Shown here in pieces: positions 49,301-63,831 of a DNA stretch of 64,000 nucleotides. The DNA is from Macrostomum hystrix. Taxonomy: Eukaryota; Animalia; Platyhelminthes. The position numbers and the translations under genes are program-made. The notes under the pieces are model-generated. The model was given only the letters and a program-made list of their open reading frames with translations, did no database searches and had not been told where the DNA came from. The number at the start of each line of letters is the position of its first letter. The stretch's first letter is position 1. The stretch lies in contig CATNEN010000038.1 in NCBI GenBank assembly GCA_950097015.1, positions 29,140,001-29,204,000 of the forward strand. The letters run 5' to 3'.

Positions 49301-52300
49301 AAATAAAAGCTTTTTTTCGACTTGTCATTTCGGATTTCTGCTATGAAAATTCTTCGCGAGAGATGCACTTGTAAGGTATCGAGTGTTAGCACTTAAACAT
49401 TGTGATTGCTTTTTATGACCTATAGGTCTTCACTCCATTATTCTCAATTATCCCCCCCGTTGAAAGCTTTGTTTGATAAGACTTCATCAAAGATATTTAG
49501 ACACCTTCAGATAAAAGATTTCCTTTGACTAAGATTTTCATGAAAAAGCGTCAAAGTTATTAATAAGGCATTTTTCTGTTATTCTAGAAAACAAAAATTG
49601 GGGTTTAAGGCAGTTTCTAAAAAGGCATATTTTGGCTAAAATAATATCAAGTACTTTTTGGCGCATTTTCTTATTAACCTGTAAAGTTTTTAATGTAACT
49701 TTTTTTAATGGCGCAACGATAACGGTACGCGAAAAGTTTGCATAAACATCTGCTGGTTTCAATACGAATGAGCTCTTCAACCGCTACAAATCATAATACA
49801 CTGCTGAGATTGTGGGAGAAGACACGGGGGGTAGAGTGGGAGAAGACACGGAGGGTAGAGTGGGAGAAGACACGGAGGGTAGAGTGGGAGAAGACACGGA
49901 GGGTAGAGTGGGAGAAGACACGGAGGGTAGAGTAGGAGAATACACGGAGGGTAGAGTGAGAGAAGACACGGAGGGTAGAGTAGGAGAAGACACGGAGGGT
50001 AGAATGGAGAAGACACGGAGGGTAGAGTGGGAGAAGACACGGAGGGTAGAGTGGGAGAAGACACGGAGGGTAGAGTGGGAGAAGACACGGAGGGTAGAGT
50101 GGGAGAAGACACGGAAGGTAGAGTGGGAGAAGACCCGGAGGGTAGAGTGGGAGAAGACACGGAGGGTAGAGTGGGAGAAGACACGGAGGGTAGAGTGGGA
50201 GAAGACACGGAGGGTAGAGTGGGAGAAGACACGGAGGGTAGAGTGGGAGAAGACACGGAGGGTAGAGTGGGAGAAGACACGGAGGGTAGAGTAGGAGAAT
50301 ACACGGAGGGTAGAGTGAGAGAAGACACGGAGGGTAGAGTAGGAGAAGACACGGAGGGTAGAATGGAGAAGACACGGAGGGTAGAGTGAGAGAAGACACG
50401 GAGGGTAGAGTAGGAGAAGACACGGAGGGTAGAATGGAGAAGACACGGAGGGTAGAGTGGGAGAAGACAAGGAGGGTAGAGTAGGAGAAGACACGGAGGG
50501 TAGAATGGAGAAGACCCGGAGGGTAGAGTGGGAGAAGACACGGAGGGTAGAGTGGGAGAAGACACGGAGGGTAGAGTGGGAGAAGACACGCAGGGTAGAG
50601 TGGGAGAAGACACGGAGGGTAGAGTAGGAGAATACACGGAGGGTAGAGTGAGAGAAGACACGGAGGGTAGAGTAGGAGAAGACACGGAGGGTAGAATGGA
50701 GAAGACACGGAGGGTAGAGTGAGAGAAGACAAGGAGGGTAGAGTAGGAGAAGACACGGAGGGTAGAATGGAGAAGACACGGAGGGTAGAGTGGGAGAAGA
50801 CACGGTGGGTAGAGTGGGGGAAGACACGGAGGGTAGAGTGGGGGAAGACACGGAGGGTAGATTGGGAGAAGACACGGAGGGTAGAGTGGGAGAAGACACG
50901 GAAGGTAGAGTGGGAGAAGACACGGAGGGTAGAGTGGGAGAAGACACGGAGGGTAGAGTGGGAGAAGACACGGAGGGTAGAGTAGGAGAAGACACGGAGG
51001 GTAGAATGGAGAAGACACGGAGGGTAGAGTGAGAGAAGACACGGAGGGTAGAGTAGGAGAAGACACGGAGGGTAGAATGGAGAAGACACGGAGGGTAGAG
51101 TAGGAGAAGACACGGAGGGTAGAGTGGGGGAAGACACGGAGGGTAGAATGGAGAAGACACGGAGGGTAGAGTGAGAGAAGACAAGGAGGGTAGAGTAGGA
51201 GAAGACACGGAGGGTAGAATGGTGAAGACACGGAGGGTAGAGTGGGAGAAGACACGGTGGGTAAAATATGAGAAAACACGGTAGGAACAGTAAGACAGGA
51301 CAGTCACAAAGATAAGCAATCAGATTCAAAGTCTGAATTTGGATTATAATAGCATCAGATTTATTTGCATGGCAACTGAAGGAATATTTGCCTCGATGTA
51401 TAAAGATAGGAAGTATTTGTTTGATCAAGCGGCCAGCCACATGGATAATGTCGAGTGCCCAAAAAGTTTTCGCAATTAAAAGCTTTTGGGTCTGTAAACA
51501 TGCAGAAAATAATAATTATTAATTAATAACAATAATATAGTAAAGGCCGTTGCTAATAGAGATATACAAAAGACAAGAACTTTTCAAGTGGCTCTGAAGG
51601 ACAATAATTGGTTCACAAGTTCATACTCAAACTCGGAACTGCAGGTCAATGTAAAGGCCCTAGAAAAACTAAATTATTTGTGCAGTAGACTTTCCAAGCA
51701 GAAGATCGATATTAACTTGAATTTGATGTCGACTAATTCGTAAAGAGACTAATTGTTGGCACACTAACAGTACTATTGCCAATCGATATGAAATATCTCT
51801 AGTTTATTTTTAGATAAACTTTTTATCGAAGCTTCTTAATCTGTCAGGATATAAAATGGTCTTATACGGATTCAATTCTAGAATATTTTTTGCGAACTAG
51901 ATAAAAAATAAGCAATCAAATTATAAATAATTGATACTATGAGGTGGGATTTTCACACAAAAGATCCTTCATTTTAGTGTTTCTAACGGATATAATTAGA
52001 TTCCTAATTAACTGGGATTTGATCCTGTATTATGGCACGGCTGAACCTCAGTTGGGATCTAAGATGACAAGAGGTCTTCAGGTGAAGGGCAGCCAGGTGT
52101 ATGACTCATAGCCGCTAAGCTCAATGTCAAGCCCGTTATTTTTTTGTTTTGTTAAGATCATTTAATAAATGATAGTTTTTTTTAATAATCATTTGTTAGA
52201 CAGTCTTCCACACTCTATATCTTAGCATCTAAATGATCTATATCCAGAATTCTTTGTTATGAATCTGCAGTGCCTCATTTTTTCTGTCTTTGTGTGTGCT

Positions 52301-55300
52301 CTCTGTGTTTCATTCACCATTTCACAGACCCTGGACAAAAGAGGCAGATATTTCACATATATAGAATATATAGCATTAGAAAAATAATATTTGGGATATG
52401 CAGGGAAAGAGAGAGACAGAGAGAATGATTGCATAATCTTTGAACAGGGGTTTGGTCTAGGTGTATTCAGCTGTAAGCGGAACACTCACACGCACCATGT
52501 TGAGGGGATCAATGTGAAAAGGAGCCCCGTTACTGTGTTTGACGAAATTCGGAGATCAACAATAGGATATTGTGGGATTAAATCGCATAATTATATATTG
52601 TTATTGTGTTTCACTATTAGATGCATTTACGTACTATAATAATGAATATTCACTGATCAAATCGATTGTCACTTCACTTCTTCTTGACTTAAAATACAAG
52701 TATTTGTCACAGGGAAACGATTCGTGTCTTTAAACAAGATTAGCTGAAGAAATGATTACAAGCATTAACTAAAAAACAGTAGTTTGCCTCTCGCTCCAAG
52801 GTTCCTGAGTTCGATTTCGCGGCGAGACCACATTTACTGCCGTTGTATTGAGGGCGCTGCCGCGGAGAGAAGGCTTGTTGGCTTGTCCAGCAATTTACGC
52901 TCTTGAGTGCCAACCAACAAGAACAGTAAGAAAGTCAGGGCAGATGTACACACCTGTGTGAGTGTGTGCTCAGGAGTCAAGGGAATGGGCAGAGTTGCTG
53001 CCTCACTGACTTCTAGCCATTGTCACCAAATGATGAGCCCGTGCCCGCCCGCTGCCCTCCTGCAAAAATTATTGCTTAAGGAAAAAAAATATCTTGCTAT
53101 TTTTATGAATTTTTTCCGCTACAGCTTACAATAGCAAGGTGAGCTAATTAATGACAAAAACTTGTTAGACTGATGGTCAAAGACGGCAGTGATTTATGAC
53201 TACTCACTAAATCACTATCCTCACTGATTTGTGTCCAATCACCGGCCTATTGTATCGCAGCACAAGCAACAGCGGGTTTCTTGCTCATTAAAGTCTGCCT
53301 AGTCTGCTCACAGCATTGTACCTGCCAACTCTAGCAGAAATTGCAACTTTGCAGAAACTTTCATGCTTTCTGAGTCCGTTTGTCGCAGTTAATCGTGCTT
53401 TCTTTTTTTTTCTTAATTTTTAGAATCGTGCTTGAGCTGTGTGCTCAACAGAATTTTCAGAAGACGCGAAAGTGTGAATAGCGGAAAGGATTACGCAACA
53501 GATCATTCCTTGGAGGATTATTAAATTTTCACTCTTGAACTACTTCAGTATTTAATCCAATTTCAATTAGTTTTACGAGCTGGATTGTCTCACGAGCATT
53601 GGAGCTAAGAGAAAGCATTGCTAATTTCCTGCCGAGCAATTTTCTGAGCTGTTCTCAAATAACAGAAGCTTATATCTTTTGTAAATTTGCATAAGTTTGT
53701 AAATAAGTTTTGTTATATTATTTTCCATCTGAAACAGCTGAGCCGCGTACAAGATCCCTTTCTACCCCTCAATTAGCCGGACTTTCTCCCCTTTCTGCCC
53801 CTTGAATTTTCCAGACTTTCTCCCCTTTCTACCCCTTGAATTTTCCAGACTTTCTCCCCTTTCTACCCCCTCACTTCTCATGACTTTCTCCCCTTTCTAC
53901 CACTTGAATTCTCCTGACTTTCTCCCCTTTCTACCCCCTCACTTCTCCAGACTTTCTCCCCTTTCTACCCCTGAATTTGCCAGACTTTCTCCCTTTTCTA
54001 CCCCCCTCACTTCTCCAGACTTTCTCTTCTTTCTACCCCTCACTTAATTATACTTTCCCCCTTCAAAGCCAGATGATGAATTCTCTCATTTCTTCTTCAC
54101 TAAGTCACATTTCATTCCCATCAGCAAACTTTCACCCTCTACCTGTTCTTCTATATCGTTAAAGTCTGAGTCACTTTTTTACATAATTTTTTCTGCCTCA
54201 TTCTGAGATGAGTCACTTCTATATAGGCTATAGATAATGCACAATTCAGTTTTAGCCCTGAAAGGCCAATGCCTCATTATTTGGCTCTTTATGATATTCA
54301 AGCTCTCATTTATTTCGATTACATCGTAATTTAACAAGATGGCAATGTCCGTTAATCAGGTTGTTTTCCGGTTGGGTCCCACATCATCCCATATCCCGCT
54401 CTAATTAAATATAACAATCTCAATGCCTATATATAACCTCACCTCTTATAATGTGTTTATGAATCAAATTTCCTTTGAAATTTGGAATCTTCAAATGATA
54501 AGATACGAAAATTGTTTTCTAGAACACATCAATTTTTTGGCTGCTTAGGAAATTGTCTCGTTTCCTACAAATAATTACATAATTGCTATATTTTTACCTA
54601 AATAACGAATTAAAGTTTCATTAAAAATGTGTCTATTGACCTTGCCATTTAGAATGCGATAACACTAGACAGACATCTCAATCCTCGTAACTTCTCGTCC
54701 TCCGCCTCGCTCTCTGATTGGTCAATCTAACTGCATTTCTTTAAAACCCCACCTCACTTCTCTTCTTTAATCTAATTGGCTCTCCGAAAGCAGGCCAATC
54801 AGTGAGTGTCGCTTCCATCCACCTCCCTCCAATTCAGGCTACCGACCAACTTTTACTAAGCGACCCTCGGACGCTTCGGGTGTCGTGACGCAGTCAGTGA
54901 ACTTCGCTTGCTCCGCCGTTGGCGCTCCTAAACCTAGAATTCTATGGCGCAAAGGTAGGCTGGGCTTTATTGTTTAATAAAAGTACTCAAATTAAATGAC
55001 GATGTTTAATTAATCGAAAAATATTTCTGCCCAACAGACAATATTCCGCTTGTGTTAAGCGAACGAGTTCAGCTACTGCAGGAAGGCAGCTTGTCGATTA
55101 CGCGTTTGGTTGCTAGTGACGCTGGTAAATACGAATGCCTAGCAACCAGCGATACTGGCAGCATTGAGGCCAGCGCTGTCTTAACTGTTTACAGTGAGTT
55201 TTCTAATAGATTTTAAAACAATATTTATCGATTGATAATCTAGTATACATTGATATTAAAAATGAACAATATCGACAATATTTTACAAATACTGGTCGTT

Positions 55301-58300
55301 ACCCACTATTTTCTCCCTAGCCAGCTATTTAAATTGTTAAATACTTTCTTGTATTAATAATCTGGTTCGTGACTGAAGCATTATCAATATTTTCAGCTTC
55401 ATCACCCAGGAAGTAGTTTAACAAAGTAAAGCGGAATGAGTTTTAATCAGACCATTCCAACTCACTCAGTTGGTGAGTTTTGTCATCCAGGAAATCACAA
55501 TGGAAAACTCAAGTTTTACTTTCATCTGCGTGACAGTCTGCGCTTTGCATAGATATAGGGCTGCATTAAAAAAAGCTATCGAACAAGGAAATTAGGAAAG
55601 GTTTTTTGTATCCATCCCGTTGTCCGCTGTTTGAAACAAACTCTATTTTTTTGTTTCTATATGGATGAATCTGTAGAGACTGACAGAATTCATTATGAAG
55701 ATTTGATGCATGCAATCTTTTCCGTGGAATTAAACAAAATTACATACCTAGCTCATACTACTTAGTAAGTAGACAAAACAGAACATGCCCAATAATATTA
55801 ATTTCAGAAAGGCTGTTGGCCCGGGCCGATCATTGGGTGACACTAGAGCCCCAGCCAGCGAGGACTAATTCTGCCCATTCCGCTGACTCCTGAGCACACA
55901 CTCACACAGGTGTGTAAATCTGCCCTGACTTTCTCATCGTCAGGCAGTGGACACTTCACCGTGCCTTAAAGTTGGCCCTCAAGGGCGTAACAAGCACTAC
56001 AAGCCCCCAAGCCTTCTCTCCGTGGCTGCGCCCCAAAAAATGTGGCCTCGTCGAGGAATCGAGCTCGGGGATCTTGTGGCGAGTGGAAAATGCGTTTAGA
56101 CCGCACTAGTTAGTTCAGATGTTTTGATGCTTGTATATTTTCGTACAAACAAATAAATAACTTGGCTACTTAGTAACTGACAATTAAACACACGTTTGCA
56201 CTTTATATGCTCGGACGGGGTACTGTGCCTCAAGAATCTATATCTAAACTCGACGATTAGACCAACTGAAAATGAAAATTAGCAAGCCAGACGCACTTAT
56301 CCACCTCCAGACCGCACCAGGATTTCGCCTCGTCCGAAGGAACTTCAGGAGGCTGCCAAGGGCTCCGATGCACGTTTAAATTGTTCAGCCTTTGCTGATT
56401 CTAGATTAGCCCATCAGCTAAGGATCAGCTGGCAGTTTCGAGGAATTCAGGAACGCAGCTATCGCCCTGTTGTCATATCATCGGCTAGCGGCAGTAGCGG
56501 CGGCGGCGTTTCCTCTGGACTTTTGGCCATAGACAATCTGAGACCCAGCGACGCGGGATACTACCGGTGTTTGGCTAACGCAGGTGAATCTGGCGGCGGA
56601 ACAGATGAAGCTACGATTCGATTGGTGGTAATCGAACTGCCAACCTCGCCAGGTAAAGCTCTGCATGTAGAGTATGGCAGCTTTGAAGACTAGCCCGTGT
56701 GCGGGAAGTTGGTGGCAGAACGATAAACTCTTCTGACTCTCGCACTAACGTCTGAGAACTCGAATTTGTTGATAAAATACATTAATAACTGTCAGACAAT
56801 GTGCACTTCACTGTGCCTTGGAGGTTGGCCCTCAAGGACAAGTCCCAAGCCTTCTCTCCGCGGCTGCGCCCCAATTAAATGTAATTTAAGCCTCGCCGTG
56901 GAATCAAGCTCCGGGTCCTTGGTGCGAGAGGCAAACGCTTTAACCGCTCTGCCACTGACCCCCTATGATGGGGCGAATTCCGCCGACTACATACGAATAA
57001 AGTACTAAATTTCTAAAGTTTTTCCCATTCGCACCGATCTGTCCAGGTCCACCCAGGGCGGAACTCGTAGCAGCCGGCTCGCAACCCGCCGATTCTCTCA
57101 ACTCCGATGATTGCCAATCAATCGGCGGCGTTCAAGTGAGCTGGCCAGCCCCAGCATTCGACGGTCACTCTCCGATCGTTGGCTACGTTGTCCAGTTCCA
57201 GATCAATGGACAACCGCCCAATGTCTGGCTAGACGCCAAGCAAGTCCACAGACAAGACACTGGCGGACCATTTGCCAAGCGGTCGGTCTGTTTATCGTCC
57301 AGCGTACTAAACGAAGCCGGTGTGGCCTACAGATTTCGCGTGTTTGCTAAAAACAAGCTGGGTACTAGTACGGATTCTGTGCCTAGCGACTGGATCAAGC
57401 TGCCTCCGAGACGTAAGTCCCACTGTGTAATTTCTATACACGTTAATGAGATTTACAAGGGCTTGTAGTCTTGTGGTTCGAGCTTCAGACCTTGCATCCC
57501 AGTTGAATCTTGAAACTCGGATTCACAACTTAAGGGCCAGGATTTTGAAACCCTACTCCACTGGAAAAATTATCCTTTTGCAAGGCATTCAACAATATTT
57601 TGCTTCAGTTCACTGAGCTTTTAAATGAGTTAGCTGAAGTAATTGAAGGTGGGTGTGGCGTCCCCCAGTCCATGAACTGAACAGCCGTTCGCGGCTTCAG
57701 ATGCGCCACGCAATGGCTGCTGCTGCGCTGTCAGCTGCACATCTGGCCCAATTGGCGCAGCTGTGATTAATATTATTTATAGAGCAATATAATTTTCTCT
57801 GCTGGAAGACAGTACAGTAGCACAGCTGCAGCTATAGTGTACAACATGTTCAGTCCGTGGATAGGGTTAGAAGTCGGAAGCTCAGATTAATTAGCAACTC
57901 TAAGGAGCTCCAACCACTAGGGCTGTCTAAGTCCGCAAAATACATTCTAGCGACCTACTCACTATTGTACTTTAATGGATAACTTCCAGCGCCAACGGGT
58001 CCTCCGCTGTCATTTTACGTTGTCGGCGACCAGTCGAACAGCAGTCTGACCATCAGTTGGCAGCCTCCGGAGCTGCGGCATCACCAGGGCCGCCTCATCG
58101 GCTATCGGCTGCTCTACTCCATTGAAGGCTATCCGCAAAGGCTCAGCGAACGCGAACTAACTATCAACGATACGGAGACTACGTCGTTTAAGCTGACAGG
58201 ACTTCAGGCGGACACCACCTATAATGTCCGCCTAGCTGCTGTGAACTCTCAAGGCAGAGGTCCATGGACATCGCCACCACAGACAGCCACCACAGCCGAG

Positions 58301-61300
58301 GGTCGACCATTGGCAGCGCCAGGCGGCGTCACAGCGGCTGCGGCGTCGCCACGTTCTGCTCGCGTTGAATTTGACGCTCTGCCGAGAGCGCAGCGTCCCG
58401 GACGGCTAGTTGGCTACACAGTTGCAGCCTATTGTGATGCGAGAGGTGAGACATGACTGACGTCCTTCAGCTGACTGATTGAGTCGACCATTAAAAATCG
58501 CTGTTTCAGTTTGGGTTTTGGAGTACGAGCTAAACGGCGATGGGATGATGCAAAAATTAGTATTTCCTCAAAATTTATTCTCCCCCCACACAGCAACCGC
58601 TGCAGCATTCGCCTTGCCCGCTCTGCCCAACGATGCTCCGGAGCCCTGCAGCCCTGTGGAGCGATCTTCGCCTAGCGACGTTCAAGACTCCGTGGCGCGA
58701 ATTCAAATAATCCTTGACGATCTGTGGCCCAACACCGCGTATCTAGTCTCCGTCCGAGCAAGAACTGGCGCCGGCTTCGGCCCAGCCTCGTCACCCCCCG
58801 TTGCCGTGACTACGCCGCCGGATGTACCGGAAGCTCCGCGTGGGCAGTTAACAATGTCGCGGGTTCGAGACACGTCAGCCAGGGTATCCTGGCTCAGCCC
58901 GCTGCGGCCGAACGGCTTGGTGACTGGCTATCGAATTGTGTGGCGACTAGTTGTTGCAACTGGTGCTGACAACTATTTGAACTCAGCCAAAGTTAACAGT
59001 ACTTTGAAAAGCTTCGATTTGACCGGCCTGCGTCCGAGCATGCGCTACCGCGTCGAAGTTTCGGCCATAAACTCGGCCGGCGTCGGCTCCGGCACCATCG
59101 CCGAGTTCGTCACTGGGTCACTCGCTTCGCCACCAAATTCGCCGCGACAATTGCGCATCGTCGGCCTGGCGCCCCGTTCAGTCAGAGTCCAGTTCCTGCC
59201 GCCTGTCAGCGATGGCGGCTCGCCTGTGACCGCCTGGCTACTGGAGCTTCAGCGAGCTGCAACTTTGCCGACCGCTTCAGCCGATTTTTTAGAAGGCGGC
59301 GGCGGCGATTGGCTGCCATTGAAGGAGGTGCCGGTGCCAGATGGAGACTCGGACAACTGGCGACCTGGTGAGTAGTTTGGAGATGAGAAACTGTAATGCA
59401 AGTCTTTATGATCAAGAGAACTGGTGGGTCATTCTGTTTCAGATTTTTTCCCCATTTATTTGCTTCTTAGATGAATCTCATCAGCTTCTGTTGCCGGGAC
59501 TGCAGCCTTTCACCCGCTACCGCGTGCGCCTGTCCGCTCGTAACAGCCGAGGTGTCTCTCTGCCAACCACTCCGCCAACAGAATGGTTCGTCACCATGGC
59601 AACGCTGCCGGAGCGGCCGCCGGCGAATTTGACCTTGCGGGTGCGATCAGCTACTCAAATTGCCGCCCGTTGGCTGCCATTGGAGACCCACACCTGGTGC
59701 GGCCCTGCGCTTGGCTATCAGGTAAAAATATTTTTCCCTTTCTACTCTAGCATCCGTCTTATTTCTGTAAAATTCTATCCGTATCGACTATTTTCATCTA
59801 GGTTCAATTCAGCTCCGACCACGGCTCAAGTTGGACGAATTCCAGCTCAGGCAGAATCTTCGACCCGTCGGCAAGCTATCATTTACTGGAGTCTTTAGCA
59901 CCTAGCAAGAATTATTTCGTCCGCGTACTAGCAGTCGGATCCGAGGGCTCTGTGGCGAGTACGCCTGTGGAAGCTGTCACCTGGGACTCGGCTCCCCGCA
60001 CCTGGCCGACAATTGCTGACGTTACAATATTATCAACGTCGCCAACTTTGTCAATCAGTGTCAGAATCAATTCAGTCAACGACTCTAGCGGAGTCACTGG
60101 CTACAGCGTGGCCGCCCTGGAGGCCCGCAATAAATCGCTGTCTGCGGCCATCTTTGCCGAAGTCGACACAGCCAGCTTGACTGGCATCATCTCGCAGTTG
60201 AAGCCATTCACCAAGTATAGAATTCTCGCGTCCGCTCTGAATCGTCAGGGTCGTGGTCCATGGACTTCACTAGGCAAAGACGCGAAATTTATTATAACGC
60301 CAAATAGTTCTAAACCGTTTGAAGGACCCGAATGCGTGTACTATCCAAGGAGCGCTGATTTGGAGATCTGCTGGCTGCCACCAAAATATCCGGGCATAGA
60401 ATTGACCGGCTATCGTCTAAGATGGTCCGATCAAATCATTGATTTGCCCGCCAATCAGCTGTGCTACTCGCCTAAGCCTGCTCTGGCTAGCCAGTGCAAA
60501 ACCGTGGTTCTCGTCTCTGCACTCGCATCTGGCGGCTCTCTTGAAGGACCATCGACCAGGGCGCCATGCCCGACTGGCGAGCAGCGCCCGCCACCGCCAC
60601 CAGAGTCACCTGCCGTTGTTGAAATTACGTCCAACTCAGCTGACGTCACCTGGCTACAATCAGCACCAATGCCAAGGAACTACACTATTCAAGTGACTGA
60701 TCTGACAGCCAATCAGAGCTGGACTACAGCTATACAGGTAGGTCATCACTTTAATGGGCCAAGCTGATTCAATAAGAAGTACGCATAGACTTTTATTTGC
60801 TGAGACTTATGCTTCATAGTATTTGGAATCATTTCGACGTCTGTTTTAATATTGTGAACAATGCGAAATATATTCTAACTCATTTAAAAAGACGGACGTC
60901 GAAGCCATGAGACGAGCCACTGTCTATGGCCTGAAGCCCTACCGACTGTACGAGTTTCGCCTTCTCGCCATTGGTGACACTCCGTTCTCCACCAAGAATG
61001 CCAACTATTGGTCGACAGCGACACCAAGGCGACGAACAAAACCCGCTCAGCCATCCAGGCCTCCTAACGGCGTTAGTCTGACATCTAGCGGCCGCTCCGG
61101 GGTTCGAGTCAACTGGCAACCGTTGCTAGGCGACGCGGATTGGGCCAGCGATCCGGCAGTGTCGCGAGCTGCATACCGGCTCACCCTGGAGCCCTGGTCG
61201 ATGCCATCATCGTCACCCTCTGAGCCTTCGATCACGGCACAGCCTCGCCAGGAGAAGGTAGACTTCAGAGCAACGGAGACACTGGTTTCCGGTCTAACAC

Positions 61301-63794
61301 CCGGAGTCTATTACGAGGTCAGCCTGGCGGCTGAGAACACCCACGGAACAGGACCAGCCAGCCCGCTGCAGCTCATCTACATCGGCGAGGCCGCGCCCGA
61401 AGGTCCGCCAACATCGCTGCTCTGTCATCCCGGCAGCGTTGGCGAGATCGTCTGCAGCTGGGAGGCGCCCGCACTGGACAAACAAAATGGCCCATTGCTT
61501 GGCTATCGTCTCTACTACGATCTGCGATCTTCGCCTCAGTCCGCTTCCCAATCGTCTGGCTCTTTGACCCTGCCTAGCTCCAAACGAGAAGCCAGACTCG
61601 ATTTTCTGCAGCCAAACTCGCGCTACCGTCTGACAGTTTGCGCTGTCAACCCAGCTGGCGAGGGGCCAAACGCCACTCGGTCGGCGTTGGTGGACACTCC
61701 GGAGGCTAGACCCGGTCCGGTGCAGGATCTGCGCGCTATCGATGTGACTCCCAATGAGGCCACGCTGTTATGGAGTGGGCCGACGCGACCAAACGGCCGG
61801 CTAGTAAAATATCGACTGAGTGAGTATTTATTTCGCTTTTACAATTCCCATGGTCTTCTCATCCAAAGTCGCACTTCGTCTTCAATAGGTTCAGATCCAT
61901 GACACAAATTTTCCACGTTCTGCAGGCTACAGCCGGATCTGTGACTCGGACTCATACGCGCCTCCCGTAGTAGTGCTGATTCCTGAACCGGCCGGTACAT
62001 TTCGCGTTGACAGTTTATCAGTGAATTGTGTGTACCGATTCACTGTGGTTGCCGCTACCTCAGCGGGTTGGGGCGCCGAAGCTCAGGTCAATGTGACGAC
62101 CGGACCAACAGAGGATTCGCCAGAGAGTCCAAAGTTGGTCGCCTGTACGTTAGCTGGAGCTTCCGGTGTTCGCTTGAATTGGACCATTGTTCAGCGGCCT
62201 GAAAAACCGACTGCTGATGTTATCCTAGCCCAATCAACTGGTCGTACTGAAGTTGAGGACAAACAGTACACTTGGCGTCTCGTTGATCGTCAAACTCCGA
62301 AGTCATCCACGTCTCCTTCCACTAGTATTCGAACTGTTGAAGGTTCCATTTTGGTGCCGTGGGATCGGTTGCTACCGCGCGGTAGGGAGCATCGATTCCG
62401 TCTGATTGCCGTAACTCATAGCAGCGGAAGTCGTAACCGAAAGCAAGCCTTGAAACCAGCTGCACTCGCAATATCCGAGCCGAGCACTGATTGCGATTGG
62501 ATCGCAGCGCCACTCAGTGTTGGCGGCAGCAGCGGCGGCATCGGTGGCGGCAGCGGCCTACTCAAACAATGGTGGTTCCTAGCTTTGCTGGTTATTGCCA
62601 TCCTGGCTATAATCAATCTGCTTATCTATCTGGTCTATGTTGGCAGAAGAAAGCGCTCAGCCAAAATGCAACTGCAGCAGCAACAGCAGCAGCAGCAGCA
62701 GCAGCAGTTGCTACTGCAGACTCATAGAAACAATCATGGTATTAAGTTGGACTATTTTGTTATCAATGTGTATAAGTACTGTATGGGATTATCAAATTCA
62801 CCGAATATAACGTAAGGAAATCGTTCCTGTAAATTGGTACTAAATGGGGGTCGGTGGCAGAGCGATTATCGCGTTTGCCTCTTGAACCACGGTCCCTAAG
62901 TTCGATTCCACAGCGAGGCCACATTTATTTGGGGCGCAGCCGCGGAGAGAAGGCTTGGTGGCTTGTCGTGCAATTTACGACCTTGAGTGCTAACCTCCAA
63001 GGCACAGTGAAAATACACTGTCTGACGATGAGAAAGTCAGGGCAGATGAAAACACCTGTGTGAGCGTGTGCCTGCGTACGGTATCTGTGTGCATGTGTGC
63101 TCAGGAGTCAGCGAAATGGGCAGAATTGCCTCCTCGCTGGCTGCCGGTCTAGTGTCACTAAATGATGTGCCACTGCCCGCAGCCCTCCTGCAATTATTAA
63201 TATTATTATTATTATGGGTACTAGATTCCTTCGCCTTTCACATAGCTATTAATTCAAACTCAATCTCAGCTCAAATCTTAGGATTTTAAAAACAAAAAGC
63301 TGAAAGATTTCATGAACACAAATTTCTTAACAGGCACAAACGGCTCTCACACTGCGGCTCGATTGGCCACCAGTTCAAGCGCCGGAAATAACAACAATAC
63401 AGCAAAAAATGGGCACCATCGCTATCGCCAGCAGCAGCAGCAGCAACCAGACTGCTCTGAACTTATCCTCGCATGTGACATTCCCAACGATTCTGATGCT
63501 GCATCAACGCTTTTACAGCCGTCTCTGCATCTGCAGCAGCAGCATCATCATCATCTGGGACATCTGATGCAGCAGAACCAGCATTATCGCCCACTTTCTG
63601 GCGTCGGCCGGGTCAGCATCAAGCAGCTGAAATCGGCTCCCAGACCGAGTCCCGCTGCCGCCATTCGACCGTCGGACGAGTCGCCGAATTATTCATCCTC
63701 GCCATCTATGCCGGCTGATGTTACACTACCGCCGCCAACAGTGGCCAATCTGGAGAAGAGCAGCGAATGGCGCACCATCGACTGTAGGCGCAGT

Positions 63795-63831
<37 letters not shown>

